Positions 6,295 to 14,027 are shown, counted from the stretch's first letter. The stretch is 14,506 nucleotides of DNA from a virus (IMGVR_UViG_2778261446_000005:1-14506), one strand, 5' to 3'. Made by a program: numbers and translations. Notes: generated from the letters alone by a model not told the origin.

Positions 6295-6537
6295 CTTGTT
6301 GTAAATGTTGCAGGTATCAAGTAAGTAATTAGATGGAGCGCCATAAATTATGAATTCATCGTTTGTAGGGTCAATCTCCATCTCTTGGCCTATTGCCATT
6401 CTTGCGTCAGTGTCATCAGCGGCGAAGCATAAAACAGCCCACGCCCCCATTGTTTTAAAAAGAACTGCAATTGGCTGTGGTTTTACTGAATTTGCGTTAG
6501 CGCGAAAATCACAAATCGCACTTTCATGAAATTCCAT
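6286..6537 (-). CDS. Hypothetical protein (83 aa)
   Basis: ORF from track. GAGGTGA SD upstream of ATG at 6537. MEFHESAICDFRANANSVKPQPIAVLFKTMGAWAVL... No family recognised. Confidence 0.5.
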   Translation of the reverse strand: MEFHESAICDFRANANSVKPQPIAVLFKTMGAWAVLCFAADDTDARMAIGQEMEIDPTNDEFIIYGAPSNYLLDTCNIYNKAA

Positions 6538-6653
6538 ATCTCACCTCAATCGTAATAAGCTGGAATTGATTTTCCGCGTTGCTTCTGGCGGCCTGAACAG
6601 GTCACACCCATTTCACTGTGTGGCTTGCTGTAATAAATTCGGTTAGTTCAGAC

Positions 6654-6676
6654 AATAAAAAACCCACCGAAGTGGG
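6654..6676 (-). terminator. Intrinsic terminator within the early-left operon (tL1-like)
   Basis: Minus strand reads CCCAC-TTCG-GTGGG followed by TTTTTTATT, starting immediately after the TAG stop (6679..6677) of the first gene downstream of N. Confidence 0.7.
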
Positions 6677-7015
6677 CTATGACCATTTTTTATTTGGATT
6701 TCGTTGGTGAGCGTGATTAACAACTCTGTGCATTACATCCTCATATTTTTCATCTTCAATTTTTTCGACATCGCGAGGAAATGGTGTTGCTAATGCTTTG
6801 TCAACTTTGTCCATTGGGTCTTCATTAATCTTATATTCAGGACCGTCATCTATAGCATTAAATCCAGGTGTTACACCGTTTTTTAATGCATATGCTATCC
6901 TCTTTTCCCATCTCGCTATTCTCCTCCTGTCTCGAGATGTAAGACCTCTATCAGATACTTTTCTGTTTTGTCCGCGGTCAGGATTAACATAAATAGTCTT
7001 TTTCACCATAAGCAT
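6677..7015 (-). CDS. Hypothetical basic/acidic protein, first gene downstream of N (about 110 aa)
   Basis: Track ORF 6677..7021 begins at a TTG; ATGs at 7015 and 7009 are the likely starts (MLMVKKTIYVNPDRGQNRKVSDRG...). No SD, 2 nt after the N stop, suggesting translational coupling. Occupies the slot lambda uses for ral. Confidence 0.5.
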   Translation of the reverse strand: MLMVKKTIYVNPDRGQNRKVSDRGLTSRDRRRIARWEKRIAYALKNGVTPGFNAIDDGPEYKINEDPMDKVDKALATPFPRDVEKIEDEKYEDVMHRVVNHAHQRNPNKKWS

Positions 7016-7017
7016 AC

Positions 7018-7323
7018 TCAATAAGCACCGTACGGTAGTTTACTGTACAATTTTATTTTTTGGACTGCATGTATTTTGTTTCCTAACGGGTTTGAATCTT
7101 TGTAATAAATACTTCTATTTTTTCGAACGACTTCTTCTTTCTTCTTGCAGCAAAGGCTTCCTAGTGATGCTGCTTTGTCTGCTCTGACGCAACCAGAGAG
7201 CTTTAGCGCAATTTTTCGCGCCAGTGCTTCATTACTGCGTCGCTCGGCAATAAGTTCTGCTCTGCGAGCTTTGTAGCGGCTTTTTGCCGTACCTTTGGAT
7301 TCTTTCCAGACAATGGTTACCAT
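7018..7323 (-). CDS. N: Antitermination protein N, phage phi21 type (101 aa)
   Basis: Translation from the ATG at 7323 begins MVTIVWKESKGTAKSRYKARRAELIAERR, the arginine-rich motif I recall for the phi21 N boxB-binding peptide. AAGGAGA SD 6 nt upstream. The in-frame ATG at 7353 has no SD. Located just downstream of pL and nutL. Confidence 0.85.
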   Translation of the reverse strand: MVTIVWKESKGTAKSRYKARRAELIAERRSNEALARKIALKLSGCVRADKAASLGSLCCKKKEEVVRKNRSIYYKDSNPLGNKIHAVQKIKLYSKLPYGAY

Positions 7324-7433
7324 GATGGTCTCCTTTAAGTGGCTTTGGCGCATGACGCGTCGAGGTGCTTATCTTCTCGATCGCTGTCTTGCAGCTGCAA
7401 TTCGCGCCATCCCCAAAACCACTCAAGTTCTGG

Positions 7434-7474
7434 TCTCAACGGTTAGGTTGAGAGTCCGTCGATGTTAAAGAGCC
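7434..7474 (-). promoter_or_regulatory. nutL: boxA (7464..7474) and boxB hairpin (7434..7453)
   Basis: Minus strand reads GCTCTTTAACA (boxA consensus) then, 10 nt later, TCTCAAC-CTAACC-GTTGAGA (7-bp stem, 6-nt loop). The loop CUAACC is shared with the nutR hairpin at 8584..8601. Confidence 0.7.
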
Positions 7475-7514
7475 TGCCAATCTGTTCCGTTTGGCTTCCA
7501 GCGTCCTGCTGATG

Positions 7515-7580
7515 GCTTAAATTTAAGACTTCTTAATTTATTGGTCAAGTGCATTTTTGAAGAAAACTTAATTTTATGGG
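7515..7580 (-). promoter_or_regulatory. pL promoter with OL operator sites
   Basis: Minus strand has TTGACC (plus 7543..7548), a 17-nt spacer and TAAATT (plus 7520..7525). Overlapping palindromic P22-type operator half-sites AATTAAGAAGTCTTAAATT, and a second AATTAAG...CTTCAAAA site upstream of the -35. Confidence 0.6.
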
Positions 7581-7613
7581 CGTGAATTTAGTTTATCCTT
7601 GATTTTTAACGGG

Positions 7614-7637
7614 AAATAAAAAAGGGGCGAAAGCCCC
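7614..7637 (-). terminator. Intrinsic terminator immediately after the c2 stop
   Basis: Minus strand reads GGGGC-TTTC-GCCCC followed by TTTTTATTTCCC. The c2 stop TAA is at 7640..7638. No T-run follows the hairpin on the plus strand. Confidence 0.75.
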
Positions 7638-8288
7638 TTAAGGAAGGTTTGCTAGCTTGGCATCAACGACAACGCCAATGATTTTACAGTTCCCATTGAT
7701 TTCAATCATTGGGTATTGTGGATTGAGTGGTTTCAGGAATTTTCTACCGGCATCAATAACTAACTTTTTGAATGTCGCCTCGTTTTCTCCTTCAAGTTTG
7801 GCGACTACCAGCTTTCCATTACGTGGTTCGACTTCTGGGTCGACGAGAATAATCATCCCCTCAGGAATACTCAGTCCTGCCGGGGCAGTCATTGAATCGC
7901 CTTTAACGTCGAGCCAAAAAGAGTCTTCAGAACAATCTACCGTTGTGTCGTACCAGTTATCTATTGCACGCCTATGATATGGCTCTACAGCTTCCATCCA
8001 ACATCCTGCGCTTACCCAACTAATTAGAGGATACGAACCTCTTGGATCATGCCTGCTGTGATAGGCAATGTTTGAAAGACTATCCTCTCCTTTCAACAGG
8101 TAATCAGGGGAGCACTGCAAAGCCTTGGCTAAGGCCAATAGGTTTTCGCCATTGGGCTCAGTTTCAGATCGCTCCCATTGGGAAATAGCAACATTAGACA
8201 CGCCAACCATCTTGCCAAGGGCAGCCTGCCTAATCTTGAGTTCTTTTCTGCGAGCGCGAATACGCTCACCCATCAGTTGTGTATTCAT
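7638..8288 (-). CDS. c2: Prophage repressor, P22 c2 type (CI-like, HTH plus LexA-like S24 autocleavage domain, 216 aa)
   Basis: Translation MNTQLMGERIRARRKELKIRQAALGKMVGVSNVAISQWERSETEPNGENLLALAKALQCSPDYLL... matches my recollection of P22 C2 almost throughout. C-terminal domain has the G-D-S-M and K-L motifs of RecA-cleavable repressors. Divergently oriented to cro. Confidence 0.9.
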   Translation of the reverse strand: MNTQLMGERIRARRKELKIRQAALGKMVGVSNVAISQWERSETEPNGENLLALAKALQCSPDYLLKGEDSLSNIAYHSRHDPRGSYPLISWVSAGCWMEAVEPYHRRAIDNWYDTTVDCSEDSFWLDVKGDSMTAPAGLSIPEGMIILVDPEVEPRNGKLVVAKLEGENEATFKKLVIDAGRKFLKPLNPQYPMIEINGNCKIIGVVVDAKLANLP

Positions 8289-8360
8289 AGTTAAGACATC
8301 TTAAATAAACTTGACTTAAGATTCCTTTGGTGGATAATTTAAGTGTTCTTTAATTTCGGA
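8289..8360. promoter_or_regulatory. OR operator region with pR (rightward) and pRM (leftward)
   Basis: Three P22-type operator palindromes: AGTTAAGACATCTTAAAT (about 8290..8307), CTTAAGATTCCTTTGG, and ATTTAAGTGTTCTTTAAT (about 8337..8354). pR -35 TTGACT at 8311..8316 and -10 GATAAT at 8333..8338. c2 ATG at 8288 abuts the leftmost operator (leaderless-type arrangement). Confidence 0.7.
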
Positions 8361-8368
8361 GCGAGTCT

Positions 8369-8554
8369 ATGTACAAAAAAGATGTTATTGACCACTTCGG
8401 AACCCAGCGTGCTGTTGCTAAAGCACTAGGCATTAGCGATGCAGCAGTCTCTCAGTGGAAAGAAGTTATCCCAGAGAAAGACGCCTATCGATTGGAAATC
8501 GTTACAGCTGGCGCCCTGAAGTATCAAGAAAGTGCTTACCGCCAAGCGGCATAA
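8369..8554 (+). CDS. cro: Cro repressor, P22 type (61 aa)
   Basis: Translation MYKKDVIDHFGTQRAVAKALGISDAAVSQWKEVIPEKDAYRLEIVTAGALKYQESAYRQAA matches my recollection of P22 Cro. GGAG SD upstream. Confidence 0.85.
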   Translation: MYKKDVIDHFGTQRAVAKALGISDAAVSQWKEVIPEKDAYRLEIVTAGALKYQESAYRQAA

Positions 8555-8560
8555 GCAAAT

Positions 8561-8601
8561 TGCTCTTTAACAGTTCTGGCCTTTCACCTCTAACCGGGTG
8601 A
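8561..8601 (+). promoter_or_regulatory. nutR: boxA (8561..8572) and boxB hairpin (8584..8601)
   Basis: TGCTCTTTAACA matches the boxA consensus. Eleven nt later, TCACC-TCTAACCG-GGTGA forms a hairpin (alternatively CACCU-CUAACC-GGGUG with a G-U pair), sharing the CUAACC loop with nutL. Confidence 0.7.
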
Positions 8602-8669
8602 GCAAACATCAGCGGCAAATCCATTGGGTGTGCCGCTATAACTCAATATCAATATAGGAAAATTAACAA

Positions 8670-8966
8670 ATGGCACAAGCAAGCTACAGCAAGCCAACAC
8701 AGCGAGAAATTGATCGCGCTGAAACTGATTTACTCATCAACCTGTCAACGCTTACCCAGCGCGGTCTGGCAAAGATGATTGGCTGTCATGAATCGAAGAT
8801 AAGCAGAACGGACTGGAGATTTATTGCTTCGGTTCTGTGTGCTTTCGGAATGGCATCAGACATCAGTCCGATTAGCAGGGCTTTTAAGTATGCGCTTGAT
8901 GGACTCGCAAAGAAAAAATCCCCGGCTGCCACCGAGGATTCTGAGCAAATTGATATGCAATTCTGA
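8670..8966 (+). CDS. cII: CII-like transcriptional activator (98 aa)
   Basis: Same architecture as lambda CII; C-terminus KKKSPAATEDSEQIDMQF resembles lambda KKRPAATERSEQIQMEF. AGGAAA SD upstream. Position between cro/nutR and O. Confidence 0.75.
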   Translation: MAQASYSKPTQREIDRAETDLLINLSTLTQRGLAKMIGCHESKISRTDWRFIASVLCAFGMASDISPISRAFKYALDGLAKKKSPAATEDSEQIDMQF

Positions 8967-8989
8967 GGTCATTACTGGATCAATCCACA
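8908..8989 (-). ncRNA. Candidate oop-like antisense RNA overlapping the 3' end of cII
   Basis: Minus strand has a terminator inside the cII 3' end: TCCTCGG-TGGCA-CCGGGGA (7-bp stem with one G-U pair, pairs only in the minus-strand RNA) followed by TTTTTTCTTT (plus A-run 8912..8918). About 80 nt upstream on the minus strand is a -10-like CATAAT (plus 8996..9001) with a weak -35. Size and position mirror lambda oop. The 5' end is inferred. Confidence 0.45.
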
Positions 8990-8998
8990 GGAGTAATT

Positions 8999-9160
8999 AT
9001 GACAAAACGTCGTAAGAAATACCAGGAAAAAGAAGAGATTCGACACCCTGATTCACCTGAGGGATTAGTGGTAGCCGCAGCAAATAACAGGGCGTTCGCA
9101 GAGCGCCTTGTTGGTGTTTACAGACTAGCCAAAGCAGGAGTGAAACATGGGCGTCGTTAA
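8999..9160 (+). CDS. Small basic ORF between cII and O (53 aa, MTKRRKKYQEKEEIRHPDSPEGL...)
   Basis: Manual translation. AGGAG SD 6 nt upstream of the ATG. Stop overlaps the O start by 14 nt. Below the track cutoff. Confidence 0.35.
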   Translation: MTKRRKKYQEKEEIRHPDSPEGLVVAAANNRAFAERLVGVYRLAKAGVKHGRR

Positions 9161-9977
9161 GTTAGCTGATTACAGGCCTCAACTGGAGGTCGTGGAGCAT
9201 CGCGTGGCAGAACTCGAAGATGGCTACACTCGGACTGCAAACACACTGTTAGAAGCCGCCATGCTTTCTGGACTTACTCTACATCAGTTACTGATTGTTA
9301 TGGCTGTGTGGCGCAAGACATACGGTTACAACAAAAAAATAGATTGGATCGGAAACGAACAGTTCGCTGAACTCACTGGCATGGCACCAACCAAATGCTC
9401 TACCGCCAAAAACGAGCTTATCAGAATGGGAGTTCTCATTCAGGTGGGGCGTCAAGTTGGTATGAATACAAACATTTCCGAGTGGAAAACGAAAGTTAAC
9501 GGATTCGGTAAAACATTTACTAATTCGGTAAAACAAACCTTCACCAAATCGGTAAAAAGCAATTTACCGAATCAGTCAAACACAAAAGACAATATACAAA
9601 AGACAATAAATACAAATACCCCCTTACCCCCTAACGGGGGCGGCGATGGGCAGGTTAAACCTGAACGTCGCAAGGCAGAACGAATCGACTACGAATCCTT
9701 CCTGAACGCCTACAACACCGAAGTCGGTGACAGACTTCCACACGCTGTTGCGGTCAACGAGAAACGCAAACGCCGCCTGAAGAAAATCATCCCGCAACTG
9801 AAAACGCCAAACGTGGACGGTTTCAGAGCGTATGTCAGGGCGTTTGTACATCAGGCCAAGCCGTTTTACTTCGGAGACAACGACACTGGCTGGACGGCAG
9901 ATTTTGATTACCTGCTGAGGGAAGATTCGTTAACGGGAGTACGGGAAGGGAAGTTTGCAGACAGGGGGATTGCATGA
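9147..9977 (+). CDS. Replication initiator, lambda O-like (P22 gene 18 type, 276 aa)
   Basis: N-terminal domain is clearly homologous to lambda O as I recall it ([15 protein letters not shown] vs LDDGYARLSNMLLEA; WRKTYGYNK; NISEW). AGGAG SD. Contains the iteron origin internally. C-terminal domain differs from lambda O, consistent with pairing to a DnaB-type helicase rather than lambda P. Confidence 0.8.
   Translation: MGVVKLADYRPQLEVVEHRVAELEDGYTRTANTLLEAAMLSGLTLHQLLIVMAVWRKTYGYNKKIDWIGNEQFAELTGMAPTKCSTAKNELIRMGVLIQVGRQVGMNTNISEWKTKVNGFGKTFTNSVKQTFTKSVKSNLPNQSNTKDNIQKTINTNTPLPPNGGGDGQVKPERRKAERIDYESFLNAYNTEVGDRLPHAVAVNEKRKRRLKKIIPQLKTPNVDGFRAYVRAFVHQAKPFYFGDNDTGWTADFDYLLREDSLTGVREGKFADRGIA
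9500..9640 (+). repeat. Replication origin inside the O-like gene: iterons, AT-rich region, GC hairpin
   Basis: Three direct copies of (A/T)TCGGTAAAA(C/A) at about 9503..9514, 9523..9534 and 9548..9559, plus an inverted TTACCGAAT at 9564..9572. AT-rich tract 9577..9620. Then CCCCC-TAAC-GGGGG at 9627..9640. Layout parallels lambda ori. Confidence 0.7.
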
Positions 9978-11350
9978 GACAGGATATCGAAGCGAGCGTT
10001 ATCGGTGGCCTGCTGATTGGTGGATTAACTCCAACCGCCAGCGACGTTCTGGCAACGCTGGAGCCGGAAGCGTTTTCAATTCCGCTCTACCGGAAAGCCT
10101 TCGAGGTTATCCGCAAGCAGGCGAGAAACAGAAACCTAATCGATGCGCTGATGGTTGCCGAGGCGTGCGGAGAGGAGCATTTCACGTCAATCCTGATGAC
10201 CAGCAAAAACTGCCCGAGTGCCGCAAACCTGAAGGGATATGCCGGAATGGTCGCGGATAACTATCACCGCCGTCTGGTGCTGGAAATCATAGATGAAATG
10301 CGTGAACCAATCCAAAGCGGAACCATCGACGCATCGAGTCAGGCGATGGATGAACTTGTAAAACGTCTCTCAGCCATCAGAAAACCCCGTGACGAGGTTA
10401 AACCTGTACGGTTAGGGGAAATCATCACCGACTACACTGACACGCTTGACAGGCGTCTGAGGAACGGAGAAGAGTCCGATACCCTGAAGACCGGAATCGA
10501 AGAACTTGATGCCATCACCGGAGGGATGAACGCGGAAGACCTGGTGATAATCGCTGCTCGTCCTGGTATGGGGAAAACCGAACTGGCGCTGAAGATTGCC
10601 GAAGGCGTTGCAAGCCGCGTTATTCCTGGTTCTGACGTCCGGCGCGGGGTATTGATTTTCTCAATGGAAATGAGCGCATTGCAGATTGCAGAGCGAAGCA
10701 TTGCCAACGCCGGGAGGATGTCGGTTAGTGTGCTGCGAAATCCTGCAGCGATGGATGACGAAGGCTGGGCGCGCGTTGCTAACGGCATGAGTCAGCTTGC
10801 AGATTTGGATGTATGGGTAGTCGATGCCTCGCGGTTATCGGTAGAAGAAATTCGCTCAATCGCAGAACGGCACAAACAGGAAAATCCAAACCTGTCACTC
10901 ATCATGGCGGATTATCTTGGCCTGATTGAGAAGCCGAAAGCAGATCGCAACGACCTCGCAATTGCTCACATCTCCGGAAGCCTGAAGGCGATGGCGAAAG
11001 ACCTGAAAACGCCCGTTATCTCCCTGAGTCAGCTTTCGCGCGATGTTGAGAAGCGACCAAACAAACGCCCGACAAACGCAGATTTGCGTGATTCAGGAAG
11101 CATTGAGCAGGACGCAGACTCAATCATCATGCTCTATCGGGAAGCGGTATATGACGAGAACAGTAGCGCCGCGCCATTTGCTGAAATCATCGTGACGAAA
11201 AACCGTTTTGGCTCGCTTGGTACAGTTTACCAGCGGTTCTGTAACGGACACTTTGTTGCATGTGACCAGGATGAAGCCAGACAGATTTGCACAGCATCAA
11301 ATGCACCTGCTGCGCGTGGCAGACGATATGCACAAGGGGCTGACGTATGA
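9974..11350 (+). CDS. DnaB-family replicative helicase (P22 gene 12 type, 458 aa)
   Basis: ATGA overlap with the O-like gene. N-terminal DnaB-like domain; Walker A motif in [15 protein letters not shown]; RecA-like C-terminal domain with the DnaB-type [12 protein letters not shown] and IIMLYRE motifs. Confidence 0.85.
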   Translation: MRQDIEASVIGGLLIGGLTPTASDVLATLEPEAFSIPLYRKAFEVIRKQARNRNLIDALMVAEACGEEHFTSILMTSKNCPSAANLKGYAGMVADNYHRRLVLEIIDEMREPIQSGTIDASSQAMDELVKRLSAIRKPRDEVKPVRLGEIITDYTDTLDRRLRNGEESDTLKTGIEELDAITGGMNAEDLVIIAARPGMGKTELALKIAEGVASRVIPGSDVRRGVLIFSMEMSALQIAERSIANAGRMSVSVLRNPAAMDDEGWARVANGMSQLADLDVWVVDASRLSVEEIRSIAERHKQENPNLSLIMADYLGLIEKPKADRNDLAIAHISGSLKAMAKDLKTPVISLSQLSRDVEKRPNKRPTNADLRDSGSIEQDADSIIMLYREAVYDENSSAAPFAEIIVTKNRFGSLGTVYQRFCNGHFVACDQDEARQICTASNAPAARGRRYAQGADV

Positions 11351-11375
11351 CCATCTACATCACTGAGCTAATAAC

Positions 11376-11407
11376 AGGCCTGCTGGTAATCGCAGGCCTT
11401 TTTATTT
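11376..11407 (+). terminator. Intrinsic terminator between the helicase and ninB (tR2-like)
   Basis: AGGCCTGC-TGGTAATC-GCAGGCCT (8-bp stem) followed by TTTTTATTT. Same position as lambda tR2, upstream of the nin region. Confidence 0.8.
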
Positions 11408-11423
11408 GGGGGAGAGGGAAGTC

Positions 11424-11864
11424 ATGAAAAAACTAACCTTTGAAATTCGATCTCCAGCACATCAGCAAAACGCTATTCACGCGGTACAGCAAATTCTTCC
11501 AGACCCAACCAAACCAATCGTAGTAACCATTCAGGAACGCAACCGCAGCTTAGACCAGAATCGAAAGCTTTGGGCTTGCCTTGGTGACGTCTCTCGTCAG
11601 GTTGAATGGCATGGTCGCTGGCTGGATGCAGAAAGCTGGAAGTGTGTGTTTACCGCAGCATTAAAGCAGCAGGATGTTGTTCCTAACCTTGCCGGGAATG
11701 GCTTTGTGGTAATAGGCCAGTCAACCAGCAGGATGCGTGTAAGCGAATTTGCGGAGCTATTAGAGCTTATACAGGCATTCGGTACAGAGCGTGGCGTTAA
11801 GTGGTCAGACGAAGCGCGACTGGCTCTCGAATGGAAAGCGAGATGGGGAGACAGGGCGGCATGA
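11424..11864 (+). CDS. ninB: NinB (Orf-family recombination mediator)
   Basis: Translation from the ATG at 11424 ([53 protein letters not shown]...) matches my recollection of lambda NinB. Track ORF starts 6 codons upstream. Confidence 0.85.
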   Translation: MKKLTFEIRSPAHQQNAIHAVQQILPDPTKPIVVTIQERNRSLDQNRKLWACLGDVSRQVEWHGRWLDAESWKCVFTAALKQQDVVPNLAGNGFVVIGQSTSRMRVSEFAELLELIQAFGTERGVKWSDEARLALEWKARWGDRAA

Positions 11865-12037
11865 GACGACAGCGACGAAGTATCACCGACATAATCTGTG
11901 AAAACTGCAAATACCTTCCAACGAAACGCTCCAGAAATAAACGCAAGCAAATCCCAAAAGAATCTGACGTAAAAACCTTCAACTACACGGCTCACCTGTG
12001 GGATATCCGGTGGCTAAGACATCGTGCGAGGAAATGA
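11861..12037 (+). CDS. ninD: NinD (58 aa, zinc-ribbon-like small protein)
   Basis: ATGA overlap with nin[59 protein letters not shown] matches my recollection of lambda NinD. Track ORF starts upstream, inside ninB. Confidence 0.75.
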   Translation: MRRQRRSITDIICENCKYLPTKRSRNKRKQIPKESDVKTFNYTAHLWDIRWLRHRARK

Positions 12038-12039
12038 CA

Positions 12040-12402
12040 ATGGATTATTCACAGTTAAGTGATTTTGAAATTAACTTAAAAATCGCGCATATCGTGCTAG
12101 GAAAAAACAATTACGACTGGGATCCAGAAAAGAAAGAAGTTTGCTTAGCTGGAATTGATGGTGGTGAGTTTTTGCCTTGTGGATATTTCGACCCATGTAA
12201 TAGGGCCGCTGACGCATATCCGATCATCACTGAAAACAAAATTAGCACCATGTGGATGACAGCGGAAAAAGAATGGTGCGCATGGTCAGGAGGTGATTTA
12301 GAGGAAGGTTGTTGGGTTCCTGACTACTGCTTCTGCGGTGAATCGCCTCTCCGCGCAGCCATGATTGTATTTCTAATGATGCAGGTCGCTAATAATGCTT
12401 AG
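12040..12402 (+). CDS. Cys-rich nin-region protein (about 120 aa), possibly NinX-like
   Basis: Track ORF 11998..12402; likely start is the ATG at 12040 (MDYSQLSDFEINLK...), 8 nt after GAGGA. Occupies the position of lambda ninE but is larger and Cys/Trp-rich. The NinX name is a low-confidence recollection. Confidence 0.5.
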   Translation: MDYSQLSDFEINLKIAHIVLGKNNYDWDPEKKEVCLAGIDGGEFLPCGYFDPCNRAADAYPIITENKISTMWMTAEKEWCAWSGGDLEEGCWVPDYCFCGESPLRAAMIVFLMMQVANNA

Positions 12403-12571
12403 CCCATCCCAAACCCTTCAATACCAGAAAGAAAGCGTCGAGCGAGCTTTAACGTGCGCTAACTGCGGTCAGAAGCTGCATGTGCTGGAAGTTCACGTGT
12501 GCTCAGATTGCTGCGCAGAACTGATGAGCGATCCGAATAGCTCAATGTACGAGGAAGAAGATGATGGCTAA
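12395..12571 (+). CDS. ninF: NinF (58 aa)
   Basis: Manual translation [58 protein letters not shown], matching my recollection of lambda NinF. Overlaps the upstream stop; below the ORF-track cutoff. Confidence 0.7.
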   Translation: MLSPSQTLQYQKESVERALTCANCGQKLHVLEVHVCSDCCAELMSDPNSSMYEEEDDG

Positions 12572-13175
12572 ACCAGCGCGAAGACGATGTAAAAACGATG
12601 AATGCCGGGAATGGTTTCACCCTGCATTCGCTAATCAGTGGTGGTGCTCTCCAGAGTGTGGAACCAAGATAGCACTCGAACGACGAAGCAAAGAACGCGA
12701 AAAAGCGGAAAAAGCAGCAGAGAAGAAACGACGACGAGAGGATCAGAAACAGAAAGATAAACTTAAGATTCGAAAACTCGCCTTAAAGCCCCGCAGTTAC
12801 TGGATTAAACAAGCCCAACAAGCCGTAAACGCCTTCATCAGAGAAAGAGACCGCGACTTACCATGTATCTCATGCGGAACGATCACGTCTGCTCAGTGGG
12901 ATGCCGGACATTACCGGACAACTGCTGCGGCACCTCAACTCCGATTTGATGAACGCAATATTCACAAGCAATGCGTGGTGTGCAACCAGCACAAAAGCGG
13001 AAATCTCGTTCCGTATCGCGTCGAACTGATTAGCCGTATCGGGCAGGAAGCAGTAGACGAAATCGAATCAAACCATAACCGCCATCGCTGGACTGTCGAA
13101 GAGTGCAAGGCGATCAAGGCAGAGTACCAACAGAAACTCAAAGACCTGCGAAATAGCAGAAGTGAGGCCGCATGA
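12561..13175 (+). CDS. ninG: NinG / Rap (recombination-promoting structure-specific endonuclease)
   Basis: Translation [42 protein letters not shown]... matches my recollection of lambda NinG. Overlaps the ninF stop. Confidence 0.85.
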   Translation: MMAKPARRRCKNDECREWFHPAFANQWWCSPECGTKIALERRSKEREKAEKAAEKKRRREDQKQKDKLKIRKLALKPRSYWIKQAQQAVNAFIRERDRDLPCISCGTITSAQWDAGHYRTTAAAPQLRFDERNIHKQCVVCNQHKSGNLVPYRVELISRIGQEAVDEIESNHNRHRWTVEECKAIKAEYQQKLKDLRNSRSEAA

Positions 13176-13378
13176 CGTTCTCAGTAAAAACCATTCCAGA
13201 CATGCTCGTTGAAGCATACGGAAACCAGACAGAAGTAGCACGCAGACTGAAATGTAGTCGCGGTACGGTCAGAAAATACGTTGATGATAAAGACGGGAAA
13301 ATGCACGCCATCGTCAACGACGTTCTTATGGTTCATCGCGGATGGAGTGAAAGAGATGCGCTATTACGAAAGAATTGA
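13172..13378 (+). CDS. ninH: NinH (68 aa)
   Basis: ATGA overlap with nin[69 protein letters not shown] matches lambda NinH as I recall it. Confidence 0.8.
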   Translation: MTFSVKTIPDMLVEAYGNQTEVARRLKCSRGTVRKYVDDKDGKMHAIVNDVLMVHRGWSERDALLRKN

Positions 13379-14027
13379 TGGCAGCAAATACCGAAATATT
13401 TGGGTAGTTGGCGATCTGCACGGATGCTACACGAACCTGATGAAAAAACTGGAGACGATAGGATTCGACACCAAAAAAGACCTGCTTATCTCGGTTGGCG
13501 ATTTGGTTGATCGCGGTACAGAGAACGTCGAATGTCTGGAATTAATCACATTCCCCTGGTTCAGAGCTGTACGTGGAAACCATGAGCACATGATGATTGA
13601 TGGCTTATCAGAGCGTGGAAACGTTAATCACTGGCTGCTTAATGGCGGTAGTTGGTTCTTTAATCTCGATTACGACAAAGAAATTCTGGCTAAAGCTCTT
13701 GCCCATAAAGCAGATGAACTTCCGTTAATCATCGAACTGGTGAGTAAAGGTAAAAAATATGTCATCTGCCACGCCGATTATCCTTGTGACGAATACGAGT
13801 TTGGAAAGCCAGTTGATCATCAGCAGGTAATCTGGAACCGAGAACGAATCAGCAACTCACAAGACGGGATCGTGAAAGAAATCAAAGGAGCGGACACGTT
13901 CATCTTTGGTCATACGCCAGCAGTGAAACCACTCAAGTTTGCCAACCAGATGTATATCGATACCGGCGCAGTGTTCTGCGGAAACCTCACATTGATTCAG
14001 GTACAGGGAGAAGGCGCGTGGGCATAA
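13356..14027 (+). CDS. ninI: NinI Ser/Thr protein phosphatase (lambda PPase family, calcineurin-like metallophosphoesterase)
   Basis: Translation from the ATG at 13356 ([54 protein letters not shown]...GNHE...) has the GDxHG / GDxxDRG / GNHE metallophosphatase motifs and matches lambda protein phosphatase as I recall it. Track ORF starts upstream, inside ninH. Confidence 0.85.
   Translation: MRYYERIDGSKYRNIWVVGDLHGCYTNLMKKLETIGFDTKKDLLISVGDLVDRGTENVECLELITFPWFRAVRGNHEHMMIDGLSERGNVNHWLLNGGSWFFNLDYDKEILAKALAHKADELPLIIELVSKGKKYVICHADYPCDEYEFGKPVDHQQVIWNRERISNSQDGIVKEIKGADTFIFGHTPAVKPLKFANQMYIDTGAVFCGNLTLIQVQGEGAWA

Noticed and set aside
7232-7426. Minus-strand 64-aa ORF overlapping the N start and the region toward nutL
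   Set aside because: Out of frame with N, no SD, and it would cover the N ribosome-binding site. N is well supported.
7657-7977. Plus-strand 106-aa ORF inside the c2 repressor gene
   Set aside because: Antisense to the strongly supported repressor gene; Ser/Thr/Pro-rich antisense-type composition.
8824-9015. Plus-strand 63-aa ORF overlapping the 3' end of cII in another frame
   Set aside because: Overlaps the cII C-terminus and the candidate oop terminator, and has no SD. The separate small ORF 8999..9160 with a good SD is reported instead, at low confidence.
9955-10788. ORFs 9955..10260 (+), 10432..10788 (-), 9288..9536 (-), 9624..9851 (-)
   Set aside because: Alternative-frame or antisense ORFs inside the O-like and DnaB-like helicase genes, both of which have strong motif support.
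11597-11995. Minus-strand ORFs 11597..11995 and 11797..11982, and plus-strand extension 11801..12037
   Set aside because: Antisense to ninB/ninD, or an upstream extension of ninD into ninB. The NinD start at 11861 (ATGA overlap) fits the lambda protein.
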